Notes: generated from the sequence alone by a model not told the origin. A stretch of 64,000 nucleotides of DNA from an uncultured Candidatus Saccharibacteria bacterium (GCA_964398815.1 CAYNNZ010000004.1:8074-72073); one strand, 5' to 3'. Counted from the stretch's first letter, positions 1 through 8,522 are shown. Translations and numbers: made by a program.

Positions 1-636
1 AATCTTCGCAATGGTGAACACGCGCTCGAACGCACCTACCATTATCTGTTTGTAGAGCTGGGGCGAGGTGGCAAGGAATGCCGTCTGGTCGTTAAAGTAT
101 TCGACCCTAAAGACTGCGGCTCCACCTTCAGCGTCGCCACCGACGAGCGCAGGAGCCACGAACTCGAGAAGACCCTGGCGTCGGAGCGAATTACGGTATG
201 CGTTAAGGATGGTGGCCTGTACCGCGAAAATATCGCGGTCGCGCTGACTGCGCAGCGTGTAGGGACGATTATCGAGACGAGTTTCGAGAGTGAGCTCCGC
301 ATCCTTATCAAACGGAATCTCGTGAGCAGCTGACAGCACGGTCATTCCAGTAATCTCGAGCTCAATGTCGCCGTTCTGCTTATCCGTCTGGATGTTCTTC
401 TCCGGACGCTTGTTTACGATTCCTTCGACGGACACGACGTATTCCGTGCGCGACTCCTTCGACGTGTCGGTGGCTGGAGAGCCCGGTAAGACAACACCCT
501 GCACTTTTCCAGAGCGGTCCCGGAAATCGAAGAAGACCAGTTTACCCTGGTCACGTCGCACATCTACCCACCCACAGATGGTCACTGTCTCTCCCACGTG
601 AGCGGAAAGCTCACCAATAAGTACCCTGCCCTTCAT
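1..636 (-). CDS. aspS: aspartyl-tRNA synthetase, archaeal/eukaryal type, N-terminal 212 codons (rest lies beyond window start)
   Basis: Not in the ORF track because it runs off the window. Hand translation of the minus strand from ATG 636-634 is open to position 1: MKGRVLIGELSAHVGETVTICGWVDVRRDQGKLVFFDFRDRSGKVQGVV (OB-fold N-domain) ... AAVFRVEYFNDQTAFLATSPQLYKQIMVGAFERVFTIAKI (SPQLYKQ block typical of type-2 AspRS). Confidence 0.85.
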   Translation of the reverse strand, partial: MKGRVLIGELSAHVGETVTICGWVDVRRDQGKLVFFDFRDRSGKVQGVVLPGSPATDTSKESRTEYVVSVEGIVNKRPEKNIQTDKQNGDIELEITGMTVLSAAHEIPFDKDAELTLETRLDNRPYTLRSQRDRDIFAVQATILNAYRNSLRRQGLLEFVAPALVGGDAEGGAAVFRVEYFNDQTAFLATSPQLYKQIMVGAFERVFTIAKI

Positions 637-658
637 ATAGGACTAAAATAGCACGTTA

Positions 659-1612
659 TTACGCGACGCCAATTGCCTTTCGAATCTGGGTCAGCTTCTT
701 GTCCGCCCGAGCGCGTGCGGACTCAGCACCCTGCCGTAGAACGCTCTCTACCATGGCGGAGTCGGTATCAAGGCGCTCGTACTCCTCGCGCATTGGGGCG
801 ATGAAGGTGTCGAGGTCTTCCACAAGGGCGTCCTTGAGCGCCTTGTACTTCCCTGCATGCTCGGCATACAGCGGTGCGAGCTCACGTTCTGATTTGAGGA
901 GCCGATGAATGGCGTAGACGTTCTCGGGACGTTCCCCAGACGAGTCTGTCACGATGCTCATTACCGCTTTGGTGATTTCCTCGCGCGTAGCGAAAAGTGG
1001 GATGGTGTTTCCGTATGACTTACTCATCTTTCTTCCATCGATACCTGGCACCACGGCTACTTCGGGCATGATGTAGGGCTCAGGGAGCGCGAATGTCTCA
1101 CCGAATATACGATTGAACTTCTCAGCAGTATCGCGTGCGTATTCGATATGCTGCTTTTGGTCCTGACCGACCGGCACTGCCGCTGCGTCGTAGAGCAGAA
1201 TGTCGGCTGCCATAAGCATCGGGTAATTGAAGGTCCCGACGTTGATTTCCTTGTCTTTAGCCTCAGCATCCTTGAACGCATGTGCGCGCATGAGGTACGG
1301 CATGGTGGTGATGGTGTCGAATATCCACGCCACCTCCGTATGTGCGGGTACATCTGACTGCTTGAAGATGGTTACGCGCTCTGGGTCGAGGCCGATAGCG
1401 AGTAGGGTACGCGCAAGCTCGCGCGTGAGTGCATGCATTTGTCCGGCGTCCTGGATGAAATTCAGAGCGTGGTAGTCCGCGAGCATGAAGTAGCAGTCGA
1501 ATTCACCTGCATTCTGGAGGTCCACCCACTGCTTGAGCGCGCCGAAATAATTCCCGATGTGGGCAATGCCGGTTGGCTTCATGCCGGAGAGCAGTATGGC
1601 GCGGTCTGACAT
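659..1612 (-). CDS. trpS: tryptophanyl-tRNA synthetase
   Basis: MSDRAILLSGMKPTGIAHIGNYFGALKQW (HIGH-type motif) and GRKMSKSYGN (KMSKS). The track ORF extends to 1894, but the conserved protein begins at the internal ATG at 1612. Confidence 0.93.
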   Translation of the reverse strand: MSDRAILLSGMKPTGIAHIGNYFGALKQWVDLQNAGEFDCYFMLADYHALNFIQDAGQMHALTRELARTLLAIGLDPERVTIFKQSDVPAHTEVAWIFDTITTMPYLMRAHAFKDAEAKDKEINVGTFNYPMLMAADILLYDAAAVPVGQDQKQHIEYARDTAEKFNRIFGETFALPEPYIMPEVAVVPGIDGRKMSKSYGNTIPLFATREEITKAVMSIVTDSSGERPENVYAIHRLLKSERELAPLYAEHAGKYKALKDALVEDLDTFIAPMREEYERLDTDSAMVESVLRQGAESARARADKKLTQIRKAIGVA

Positions 1613-1692
1613 ATGGCTACGATACCACGGGCCACAAACATAGAAGCCGCACCCTCGGGAGGATGCGGCTTTGTGCCTTGCGGCAGATGGTG

Positions 1693-2046
1693 TCAGGCGA
1701 GGGCCTGGCGCCGCTGCTGACGCAACGGGTGGTCGGGGTGCCAGTAGCCCACGCTCTTGGTCGGGGTGATGAGCACCGCGTCTTCTTCCGGCGGAAGCTT
1801 GATGGCGGTGATGGTGTGTTCCGCCACGTTGCATTCCGGCATAGAAAGTTCGGCTTTGGCGCCGACACCCTGGCCCATGAGCGGACCGAGCCAATCCGCG
1901 GCGACAGTGGGCGGGACCGTTTTGGAGTCCGCACCCCGTTCACCGACACGAAACGTGTCTTCGCGATCAGTGCCATCGCAGGCTTTCCAGGCAAGCTGGA
2001 CCAGATGACCGGGCTCGAGCCGGTCGGTTTGAATCGGACGGGTCAT
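1693..2046 (-). CDS. small protein with GreA/GreB C-terminal-like domain
   Basis: 117 aa. VAADWLGPLMGQGVGAKAELSMPE..HTITAIKL resembles the GreA C-terminal block S-P-x-G-x-A-L-x-G-x-x-V-G-D...I..I. Sits in a G+C-rich island (by eye). Confidence 0.5.
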   Translation of the reverse strand: MTRPIQTDRLEPGHLVQLAWKACDGTDREDTFRVGERGADSKTVPPTVAADWLGPLMGQGVGAKAELSMPECNVAEHTITAIKLPPEEDAVLITPTKSVGYWHPDHPLRQQRRQALA

Positions 2047-2194
2047 AACCCAATCTCCCTGTTTGTACGTTGCCCGGTGCCGTGTCGGGATAGATGCTAG
2101 AACTTATCAGCTTACGCAAAAGTTGCCAAGAAAAGAGCAGGCGCCGAACGGAGAGGTTCCGTCCGGCGCCCTTGTTCTTAGTTATGCACGAAGA

Positions 2195-2794
2195 TCAGTG
2201 TGCGGCTGGTTGTGCGGCCTTCTTGCCGACAGCGGTCGCGGGTTGCGCCGAGATTTCCGTCGTCGGGTTGAAGATTTTGCGGATTTCCACCGCATAGGGC
2301 TTGCCGGACGGCGGGGTGATGGTGATTTCCTCGCCCACCTCCTTGCCGAGCAGGGCCTTGGCGAGCGGGCCGAGGCAGCTGAGCGTATGCGGCTCCGACG
2401 TGGAGTCGTTCTCGCCGGGACCCCCGACGATGATGCGCTCAATGGCGCCCATGTCGAGTCTGGAGTTGTCGTCCAGATGTTCCAGTTCGACGCCAGCTCC
2501 GGATTGGACCCGGACCAGATTCGCCGGCAGCTTGACCGGCCGCAAACGGGCGACCAGATTGTGAGCCGCCGCCCATTCACCGCGTTTCAGCTCACATTCG
2601 TCCTTGTGAGCCGTCAGGTCTTGCGCACGCGCATCCGTAGGCGAGCCGGTGTGGCATTCACCATCACCGTGCTGCCTCATGCACGCGTCGTACACAGCCT
2701 TTTTCCTCGCGAGGTCTTGCTTCGCGCGGTCGATGCCTTGCTGGGTCCAAGGAAGCGGCCCAGTCGTGTTATCAGTTGCCACTAGCGTTTGCAC
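2195..2794 (-). CDS. GreA/Rnk-like transcription factor family protein
   Basis: 199 aa with a GTG start preceded by GGGGGA. C-terminus LSCLGPLAKALLGKEVGEEITITPPSGKPYAVEIRKI matches the GreA/Rnk C-terminal domain signature. N-terminal half is helical and Cys/His-containing. Confidence 0.6.
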   Translation of the reverse strand: MQTLVATDNTTGPLPWTQQGIDRAKQDLARKKAVYDACMRQHGDGECHTGSPTDARAQDLTAHKDECELKRGEWAAAHNLVARLRPVKLPANLVRVQSGAGVELEHLDDNSRLDMGAIERIIVGGPGENDSTSEPHTLSCLGPLAKALLGKEVGEEITITPPSGKPYAVEIRKIFNPTTEISAQPATAVGKKAAQPAAH

Positions 2795-2969
2795 TAGGTA
2801 TTCCCCCTAACAGAGCTATCCCTGGGTACACCCCCAGAGCTTCGGACAACCACTGCCCGAAGCCCTTACCATACGCCTGCTTTGGCCAAATTTCAAAGCC
2901 TTCCTGGGGACGCGGAAAAGCGTCTAGCGAATCGGCCGTCTAATTGCTATAGTGCCCAAGTTAGCAATT

Positions 2970-3055
2970 GCGTCGGTGGTAGAGTGGTCAATTACAACAG
3001 GCTGTAAACCTGTCGGCTTCGGCCTACGAAGGTTCGAATCCTTCCCGGCGCACCA
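2970..3055 (+). tRNA. tRNA-Tyr (anticodon GTA), long variable arm, CCA encoded
   Basis: Hand-folded cloverleaf: acceptor GCGTCGG/CCGGCGC; anticodon arm ACAGG-CTGTAAA-CCTGT; variable arm CGGCTTCGGCCTACG; T arm GAAGG-TTCGAAT-CCTTC; ACCA end. Confidence 0.93.
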
Positions 3056-3062
3056 AGAAAAG

Positions 3063-3086
3063 AACTCCCGTTCGGGAGTTTTTTCT
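3063..3086. terminator. bidirectional intrinsic terminator shared by tRNA-Tyr and tyrS
   Basis: AACTCCC-GTTC-GGGAGTT followed by TTTTTC on plus and preceded by AAGAAAAG (T-rich on minus). Confidence 0.7.
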
Positions 3087-4317
3087 ATTTGAAGCGGACG
3101 AGCAGCTTCTCGGACTTCCCTTTCTGCAGGACCGCGAGGCCGTCATTCAGGTCCGCCTCCCGGAGCGGTCGGTCCTCGGTAATCTGCTCACCATTCAAGC
3201 GAATGCCTTTGCCCTCGATAAGCCGGCGCGCCTCAGACTTTGATGCGACGAAGCCAGCGCCAGTGAGCGCATCGATAATGGACGTCTCAGCGACCACACT
3301 CGCAGAAGGTACGGAGGCGAACAGTGAGTCTCGCTCAGATGCTGAAAGCGAAGTGAAGGGAGCGGCGCCGAAGAGGACATCCGTGAATTTCTCGGCACGC
3401 GATGCCTCTGCCGCACCATGGACGAGCGCCGTGACCTCATCAGCGAGTTTTCGCTGCGCCGTGCGACGTTCAGGATTGCGGCCATGGAGTTCCATGAGCG
3501 CATCTATCTCAAACGGCGGGAGAAAGGTGAAATACTTCAGGTATTTGCCGACGATATCGTCAGGCTGATTTACCCAAAACTGGTAGAACGCAAACGGCGA
3601 GGTCTTCTTGGGGTCGAGCCAGACTGCATTCCCTTCTGACTTACCGAATTTTTTACCAGTTGAGTCCGTTACGAGCGGCGTTGTAAATGCGAATGCCTCC
3701 TTACCTGCCTTGCGTCGAATGAGCTCGACTCCTGAGAGGATATTGGTCCACTGGTCGGACGCACCTATTTGCACGTCACACCCGTATTTCTGATTGAGCA
3801 CGAGATAGTCGTATCCCTGGAGCAGTGAGTAGGCGAATTCAGTGTATGAAATGCTCTCATCGGGTGTTTCAAGGCGACGGCGGATGATATCGCGCTTCAC
3901 GAGCTCGTTCACCGTGAAGTGCTTGCCGATATCACGCAGGAAATCTACCAATTTAATCTTGAGAAGCCAGTCTGCGTTATTCACGAGGGTGACTTTTGCG
4001 CCGATAATGCGCTGCATTTGCTCGCGAAGCGCCTTTGCGTTCTTCGCTATGACACGCGCGTCTGCCAGTTGTCGTTCACCGCTCTCACGAGGATCGCCAA
4101 TCATGCCGGTACCGCCACCAACCAGCAGGATGATGCGATGACCCGCATCCGCAAGGCGCTTCATAGTAAGCACCACCATGAGATGTCCCGCATGCATGGA
4201 GTCCGCAGACGGGTCTACACCCAGATAGACCGTGCGCTTCGTCTCGAAAATCTTTGCAGGCTCTGCCGAGTGATGCTCGACGAGACCTCGGGCTTCCAAG
4301 TCTTTAAGTAAATCCAT
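3085..4317 (-). CDS. tyrS: tyrosyl-tRNA synthetase
   Basis: 410 aa. GVDPSADSMHAGHL (HIGH region), KFGKSEGNAVWL (KMSKS variant), and a C-terminal S4-like KSEARRLIEGKGIRLNGEQI. Confidence 0.95.
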   Translation of the reverse strand: MDLLKDLEARGLVEHHSAEPAKIFETKRTVYLGVDPSADSMHAGHLMVVLTMKRLADAGHRIILLVGGGTGMIGDPRESGERQLADARVIAKNAKALREQMQRIIGAKVTLVNNADWLLKIKLVDFLRDIGKHFTVNELVKRDIIRRRLETPDESISYTEFAYSLLQGYDYLVLNQKYGCDVQIGASDQWTNILSGVELIRRKAGKEAFAFTTPLVTDSTGKKFGKSEGNAVWLDPKKTSPFAFYQFWVNQPDDIVGKYLKYFTFLPPFEIDALMELHGRNPERRTAQRKLADEVTALVHGAAEASRAEKFTDVLFGAAPFTSLSASERDSLFASVPSASVVAETSIIDALTGAGFVASKSEARRLIEGKGIRLNGEQITEDRPLREADLNDGLAVLQKGKSEKLLVRFK

Positions 4318-4335
4318 AGCGCGAGTATAGCAGAC

Positions 4336-5079
4336 CTACTCGGTCGCTTCCTTGAGCACATTCCGCACATGGCGCTCTGAAGTCTCGAATCGCTCGATAG
4401 TTTCGGCGCAGTACGGATTGAATCGATACACATCCTCGAACAGTGCGCGGTCATGCTTCACGCTGTCGACTGCGTCCATAAGGAATCCGAAGGACACCGT
4501 ATCAATCTCCGTGCGCTCAAAGCCTGATGCGTGAACGATTTGGCCAATGTAGTGGGTGAGAAAGAGTGTGTCTGCAAGATGCTTATCATGCTGGTCAGAG
4601 GACATGGTAACGACATCGAACCCAATGCCGCGCAGACGATCGAGAAAGGCATCGACCTCATCTTGCGTGAGTGTATGCTCAGTAACCACAATGCGCATGC
4701 CAGCCACGTTTTCTTTACGCTTTGCGTAACTCTCCGGGCCGAACATCGGGTGCGTGGCAATGTAGCGGCGAGCGCCCAGAATCTCTTTCAGGAGACCTGC
4801 TGTGTAGGACTTTACGGTCGATACATCGACAACGATGGTGTCAGCCCCAAGCAAGGGAGCCGCCTTCCGGAGCGTGTCTCCGAACGCATGGATGGGCACA
4901 GCCAGAATGACCGCATCTGCCTTGCAGACATCTTCAAATGAATGGAAGAGTTCGCCAGCAGGAGCCTGGCGCGAAGAGTGCACGAGAATGCGCACTTCTG
5001 GCGCAAAGCGCTTAATGAGGACTGCCAGAAAGGCGCCGAAGGCGCCGTATCCGATTATGCCGATGCTGCCCAATTTCAT
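4336..5079 (-). CDS. tyrA: prephenate/arogenate dehydrogenase-like NAD(P)-binding protein
   Basis: 247 aa. N-terminal GIIGYGAFGAF dinucleotide fold, DVSTVK, THPMFGP and HDKHLADTLFLTHYI blocks typical of the TyrA family. Confidence 0.8.
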   Translation of the reverse strand: MKLGSIGIIGYGAFGAFLAVLIKRFAPEVRILVHSSRQAPAGELFHSFEDVCKADAVILAVPIHAFGDTLRKAAPLLGADTIVVDVSTVKSYTAGLLKEILGARRYIATHPMFGPESYAKRKENVAGMRIVVTEHTLTQDEVDAFLDRLRGIGFDVVTMSSDQHDKHLADTLFLTHYIGQIVHASGFERTEIDTVSFGFLMDAVDSVKHDRALFEDVYRFNPYCAETIERFETSERHVRNVLKEATE

Positions 5080-5104
5080 GGGCGCATCCTAGCACAAGCT
5101 GCCG

Positions 5105-6568
5105 CTATGCGGCTGGGAGTTCAACAATGAAGTGAGAACCCTTTCCGCTTCCTGCGGATTCAATCCATGTCTTACCGCCATTACCCTCTACTAGCTGCTT
5201 CACCACGTAGAGACCAAGGCCTGTACCGGTCGTATTGACCTTGTTGGCATCGCGAGCACGAGTGAATTTAGAGAATAGCTTAGGGATATCTTCCTTCGAG
5301 ATACCCACGCCCGTATCCGCGACTGTGACGCGTACTCCGGTAGGTGCCTTAGCAACAGAGACCGTAACACTACCCTGCTTTGTGTACTTAATTGCGTTAT
5401 CAATAAGGTTTGTGAGGACCTGCTTTATCTTGCCGATGTCGGCATTTACCATTGCCGCCTCGCCTCCTCCGTACACGAACGCAATGCTTTTTTGCTTAGC
5501 AACAGCTTGGAATTCGTTCACCACTTTCTGAGAAAGTTCCGCAAGGTCAAACTTGCTCTTCTCATACTTCATGCGGCCCTGCTCAATGCGTGAGATGTTC
5601 AGGTAATCCTCGATAGAATTGACCATGAGACGAGACGACTCCTGAATAACCGACAACGGGTCAACAAGATATGGTGGAATCGCACCATACGTGCCATCAA
5701 TCATGTTTGCTGCGTAGCCGCGGATTGCCGTAATAGGCGCACGCAGCTGGTGGGTAGCCACCGACAAGAATTCGCTCTTAAGGCGATCAAGTTCCGCAAG
5801 ATTCTCAGCACGACGCTCCCAGATGTAAATGAGTGTAAGTGCGAGAAGTGAAATAACTACGACGAGGAAAGCAATGAACAAGAGGAACGGATAGAGCGTT
5901 GCCTGGGTAATGGTAAAGAAGTCGTCGGCCTTAATGTCAGTAGCGAGAATAGCGACAACCGTTCCGCTCGCGTTTCGGATAGGTGCATAACCAGTGAGCA
6001 CCGTCCCATAATCATCCGTATAGAGGTCCTTCACCGTAAGCGGGCCGTCGTAAGCCTGAAAAGCCTCTGGGATATCTACCGCCTCAGGATATGGCTGACC
6101 TGGCCACTGCAACTTGTCCGGCCCGTCAGGTTCTATCTTCCCATCGCGATTCACATCAACATCGTTGTTTGGATTTGCATCCGTATTTGCATACGGGTCA
6201 ATGGAGTCCGCATCAGCGATGTATTCCATCTCATTCGGGTTGTTCGCCATCTTGCGGAACATGTACATGTACACGATGCCGCTATTGGCATACTTGGACC
6301 GATTAAGTTCGTTGACGACGCGTGCCCATTCAGGCTTCTTGGCATCTGCTTCAGTATGGAGCGCCTCTAGATCAACGGGCGATATCGCTGTTGCGGTCGT
6401 TATGGAAACCGTGAGGAGCCGCTCACGAAGGTTCTCCGTGAGCAGCTTGATGGTCTGCTGATACAGGAGCCAGGAGGCTGCCGCAGCAATAAGAATAATG
6501 ACAATGGAGAAGGCGCTCCCGAACCATACGAGGCGCCGCAGTTTCTGTGCTTGAGTTTGAGTATTCAT
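5105..6568 (-). CDS. sensor histidine kinase with large extracytoplasmic domain
   Basis: 487 aa. Two TM segments flank an extracytoplasmic domain of about 190 aa. H-box ATHQLRAPITAIRGYA, N-box LIDNAIKYT, G-boxes DTGVGI and GTGLGL. No response regulator in the window. Confidence 0.85.
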   Translation of the reverse strand: MNTQTQAQKLRRLVWFGSAFSIVIILIAAAASWLLYQQTIKLLTENLRERLLTVSITTATAISPVDLEALHTEADAKKPEWARVVNELNRSKYANSGIVYMYMFRKMANNPNEMEYIADADSIDPYANTDANPNNDVDVNRDGKIEPDGPDKLQWPGQPYPEAVDIPEAFQAYDGPLTVKDLYTDDYGTVLTGYAPIRNASGTVVAILATDIKADDFFTITQATLYPFLLFIAFLVVVISLLALTLIYIWERRAENLAELDRLKSEFLSVATHQLRAPITAIRGYAANMIDGTYGAIPPYLVDPLSVIQESSRLMVNSIEDYLNISRIEQGRMKYEKSKFDLAELSQKVVNEFQAVAKQKSIAFVYGGGEAAMVNADIGKIKQVLTNLIDNAIKYTKQGSVTVSVAKAPTGVRVTVADTGVGISKEDIPKLFSKFTRARDANKVNTTGTGLGLYVVKQLVEGNGGKTWIESAGSGKGSHFIVELPAA

Positions 6569-6617
6569 CTCCGCAAGCCGTTGCCGGTACCCTTACAGCC
6601 TAGCACGCGGCTAGAGG

Positions 6618-8480
6618 CTATACGTCAAGCAGGTGGGATATTTCCCGAGAGTCAATTTCTGAAAGGAATTCAGCCAGGCGAGGACCTGAGCGCGCAGCAA
6701 ACAGAAGCTGGTACACGTGCTGGAAGAAACGTAGCTGCATTTCCTTCTTCTCGCCGGCAGACACCCCGCGCGCCACCGGTATTGCATATAGTTTCGTTTT
6801 GAATGCTTCGAACTCCATCGCATCACGATTCTCGAGAAGCGTGCGGAGTCCCTGTATCCAAGCGAGTTCATACGGCTGCATCTGCGCGATGTAGTCTGCG
6901 TTCGGCTCCGCGAGCAGATTGTACGCATGCTCCTTGTCGAGGCGCACATAGCGACTGCCACCGGTAATGACGCGGGTATCGAGATAGGTCGTAGTGGTTT
7001 CCTTACCCGCATCTTCTGCCTGATTCGCATCAGACTTAATGCGTAAAAGCTTTGCGATATTCTTGCGGCTAATCTGCGTGCATGCTGCTGCTTTCTTCCG
7101 CAATCCGGCAAGAGACTTCACGCGCTCGAGCGGGCGTGCGACCCATTCATATATATCTCGCTGCGGAAGAGTGGCCTTCGCGATAAGGCGTCCGTTTATG
7201 GAAAGGCTCGATGCGCCGTAACCCAAGCCACCGTAGGGCTCAGTACCGCGCTCATTACCGGCTGCGTGCAGGTGGGTGTTATGCAGGAATGAGCGGCGAT
7301 CATGCAGTACCACGCCATTGATTTTGCGACCAATAAGCTTCTTAACGTATGCACTACCGCCATACAGCGTGACGTACATAGCGTTCGTCGCGTATTTAGG
7401 GTCTTCAAAGTAGTTCTTCAGGTCTTCATCGCGCATGTAGGTCTGCAGGAATATGACGGGGGCAAATATTTCATTGAAATTGCCTCCCTCAGAAAGAGGT
7501 TTTGCGATGATGGTCGGCTGCAGCGTCGCATCCTGTGCACGCATTACGCCCGGGGTCGTTGAGTCGAGCCAACGGCGATTATCTATGAGGAAATCTTGGA
7601 TGCGCACGAGGTCATGCGGGTCGCTGATAGGACCCACGCGGCAAGTACGGTCGCGGTAATCGCCGACTCCAACCGCACGGATACCATCACGTAGTTTGTG
7701 AAGGAAGAGCGGGAGGACGTCGTTGTGCACGAGCACTGCATTTGGAGCGGCACAGTCCTGTCCCTGGTTGTAGAGTTGGAGCGTAAGCACCGCATCTACG
7801 GCCTTATCGATGTTTGCGTCTTTGCCGACGACGACCGGGTTGTGGCCAGAGCCGTTACCGATGAAAAGAGTACGCTGGTCGAACACGAATCGCAGCTGGT
7901 CGGCATGCACCGGAGTACCGGTGAAGATGACCGCCTCAGTGACCGGCATGCTTTCCTTCGTCTTCGGATTAATACGCAACGCGGTGCGCTCACGGAGAAA
8001 GTCCGCACGCGTCGCGTGGGAAACGACGATATTCGGAAAGCGCTCGAACACCTCGAGAAGCGCGAGCATCTTTGGGAAGAAGTGGCGCATGCTGTGCGGG
8101 ATGCGGAAATGCACCGAGCTTCCCATGAAGGACGGGATGATGACGAAGCAGGCAAATGCGTAGAGCGGCTGATTACGTGGAAGGAATGCAGCAACTTGGC
8201 CGATGCGTGTTTTGAAATATTCTTTGTTCTCGTCGAGACTACGCAGGAGGTCGAGTGTGCGCGAGACTTCGTCTACGACTACTTCGTAGCTTTCGTACTC
8301 AAGGAGGATATGTGCGAGCGCTTCAAAGTTCGATTCGATGTGCTCAGCAAGCGCTTCGCTCTGGCTTTTGATTTTCTTGTAGTTAAGCGGGGTGTAGGCA
8401 GCGTAGGACGCTTTCGACACTGCTTTTTTTGCCGCTGCCGGACGCGTGCGCTTCCGTGCGGTTTTTTTCTTCGCAGCCAT
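6618..8480 (-). CDS. fusion protein: acylating-type aldehyde dehydrogenase-like domain + class I LysRS C-terminal-like helical domain
   Basis: ALDH blocks VIFTGTPVHADQL, FIGNGSGHNPVVVGKDANIDKAV, LYNQGQDCAAPNAVLVH (catalytic Cys context) and EPYGGLGYGASS. The last 59 residues align ungapped with the LysRS C-terminus at 10878-12443, with 25 identities by hand count, including FF..VY.LL....GPRL..FL and a common end LL-x-V. Start taken at MAAKKK (ATG 8480); the track ORF extends to 8528. Confidence 0.8.
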   Translation of the reverse strand: MAAKKKTARKRTRPAAAKKAVSKASYAAYTPLNYKKIKSQSEALAEHIESNFEALAHILLEYESYEVVVDEVSRTLDLLRSLDENKEYFKTRIGQVAAFLPRNQPLYAFACFVIIPSFMGSSVHFRIPHSMRHFFPKMLALLEVFERFPNIVVSHATRADFLRERTALRINPKTKESMPVTEAVIFTGTPVHADQLRFVFDQRTLFIGNGSGHNPVVVGKDANIDKAVDAVLTLQLYNQGQDCAAPNAVLVHNDVLPLFLHKLRDGIRAVGVGDYRDRTCRVGPISDPHDLVRIQDFLIDNRRWLDSTTPGVMRAQDATLQPTIIAKPLSEGGNFNEIFAPVIFLQTYMRDEDLKNYFEDPKYATNAMYVTLYGGSAYVKKLIGRKINGVVLHDRRSFLHNTHLHAAGNERGTEPYGGLGYGASSLSINGRLIAKATLPQRDIYEWVARPLERVKSLAGLRKKAAACTQISRKNIAKLLRIKSDANQAEDAGKETTTTYLDTRVITGGSRYVRLDKEHAYNLLAEPNADYIAQMQPYELAWIQGLRTLLENRDAMEFEAFKTKLYAIPVARGVSAGEKKEMQLRFFQHVYQLLFAARSGPRLAEFLSEIDSREISHLLDV

Positions 8481-8493
8481 AAGTGGTGTCCGC

Positions 8494-8522
8494 AGAATAC
8501 CTGATTTTATCGAAAACGTCAA
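8494..8522 (-). promoter_or_regulatory. putative sigma70-type promoter of the ALDH-fusion gene
   Basis: Minus-sense TTGACG-N17-TATTCT, with the -10 element ending 13 nt upstream of ATG 8480. This implies a very short leader with no SD. Confidence 0.35.

Noticed and set aside
1613-1894. N-terminal extension of trpS, and similar extensions of ychF to 48642, mnmA to 38510, the PilM-like gene to 28927 and the M16-like gene to 33161
   Set aside because: The extensions are Arg/Pro/His-rich and overlap upstream features. They precede internal ATGs at which the conserved family N-termini begin (MSDRAILL, MLKIGIVG, MNVAGKKIFVG and so on).
1613-3055. An integrative element at tRNA-Tyr
   Set aside because: The island abuts the 5' side of the tRNA, it carries no integrase or excisionase, and I found no direct repeat of the tRNA 3' end. 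Only the compositional impression and hypothetical gene content remain, so it is reported as an island rather than a mobile element.
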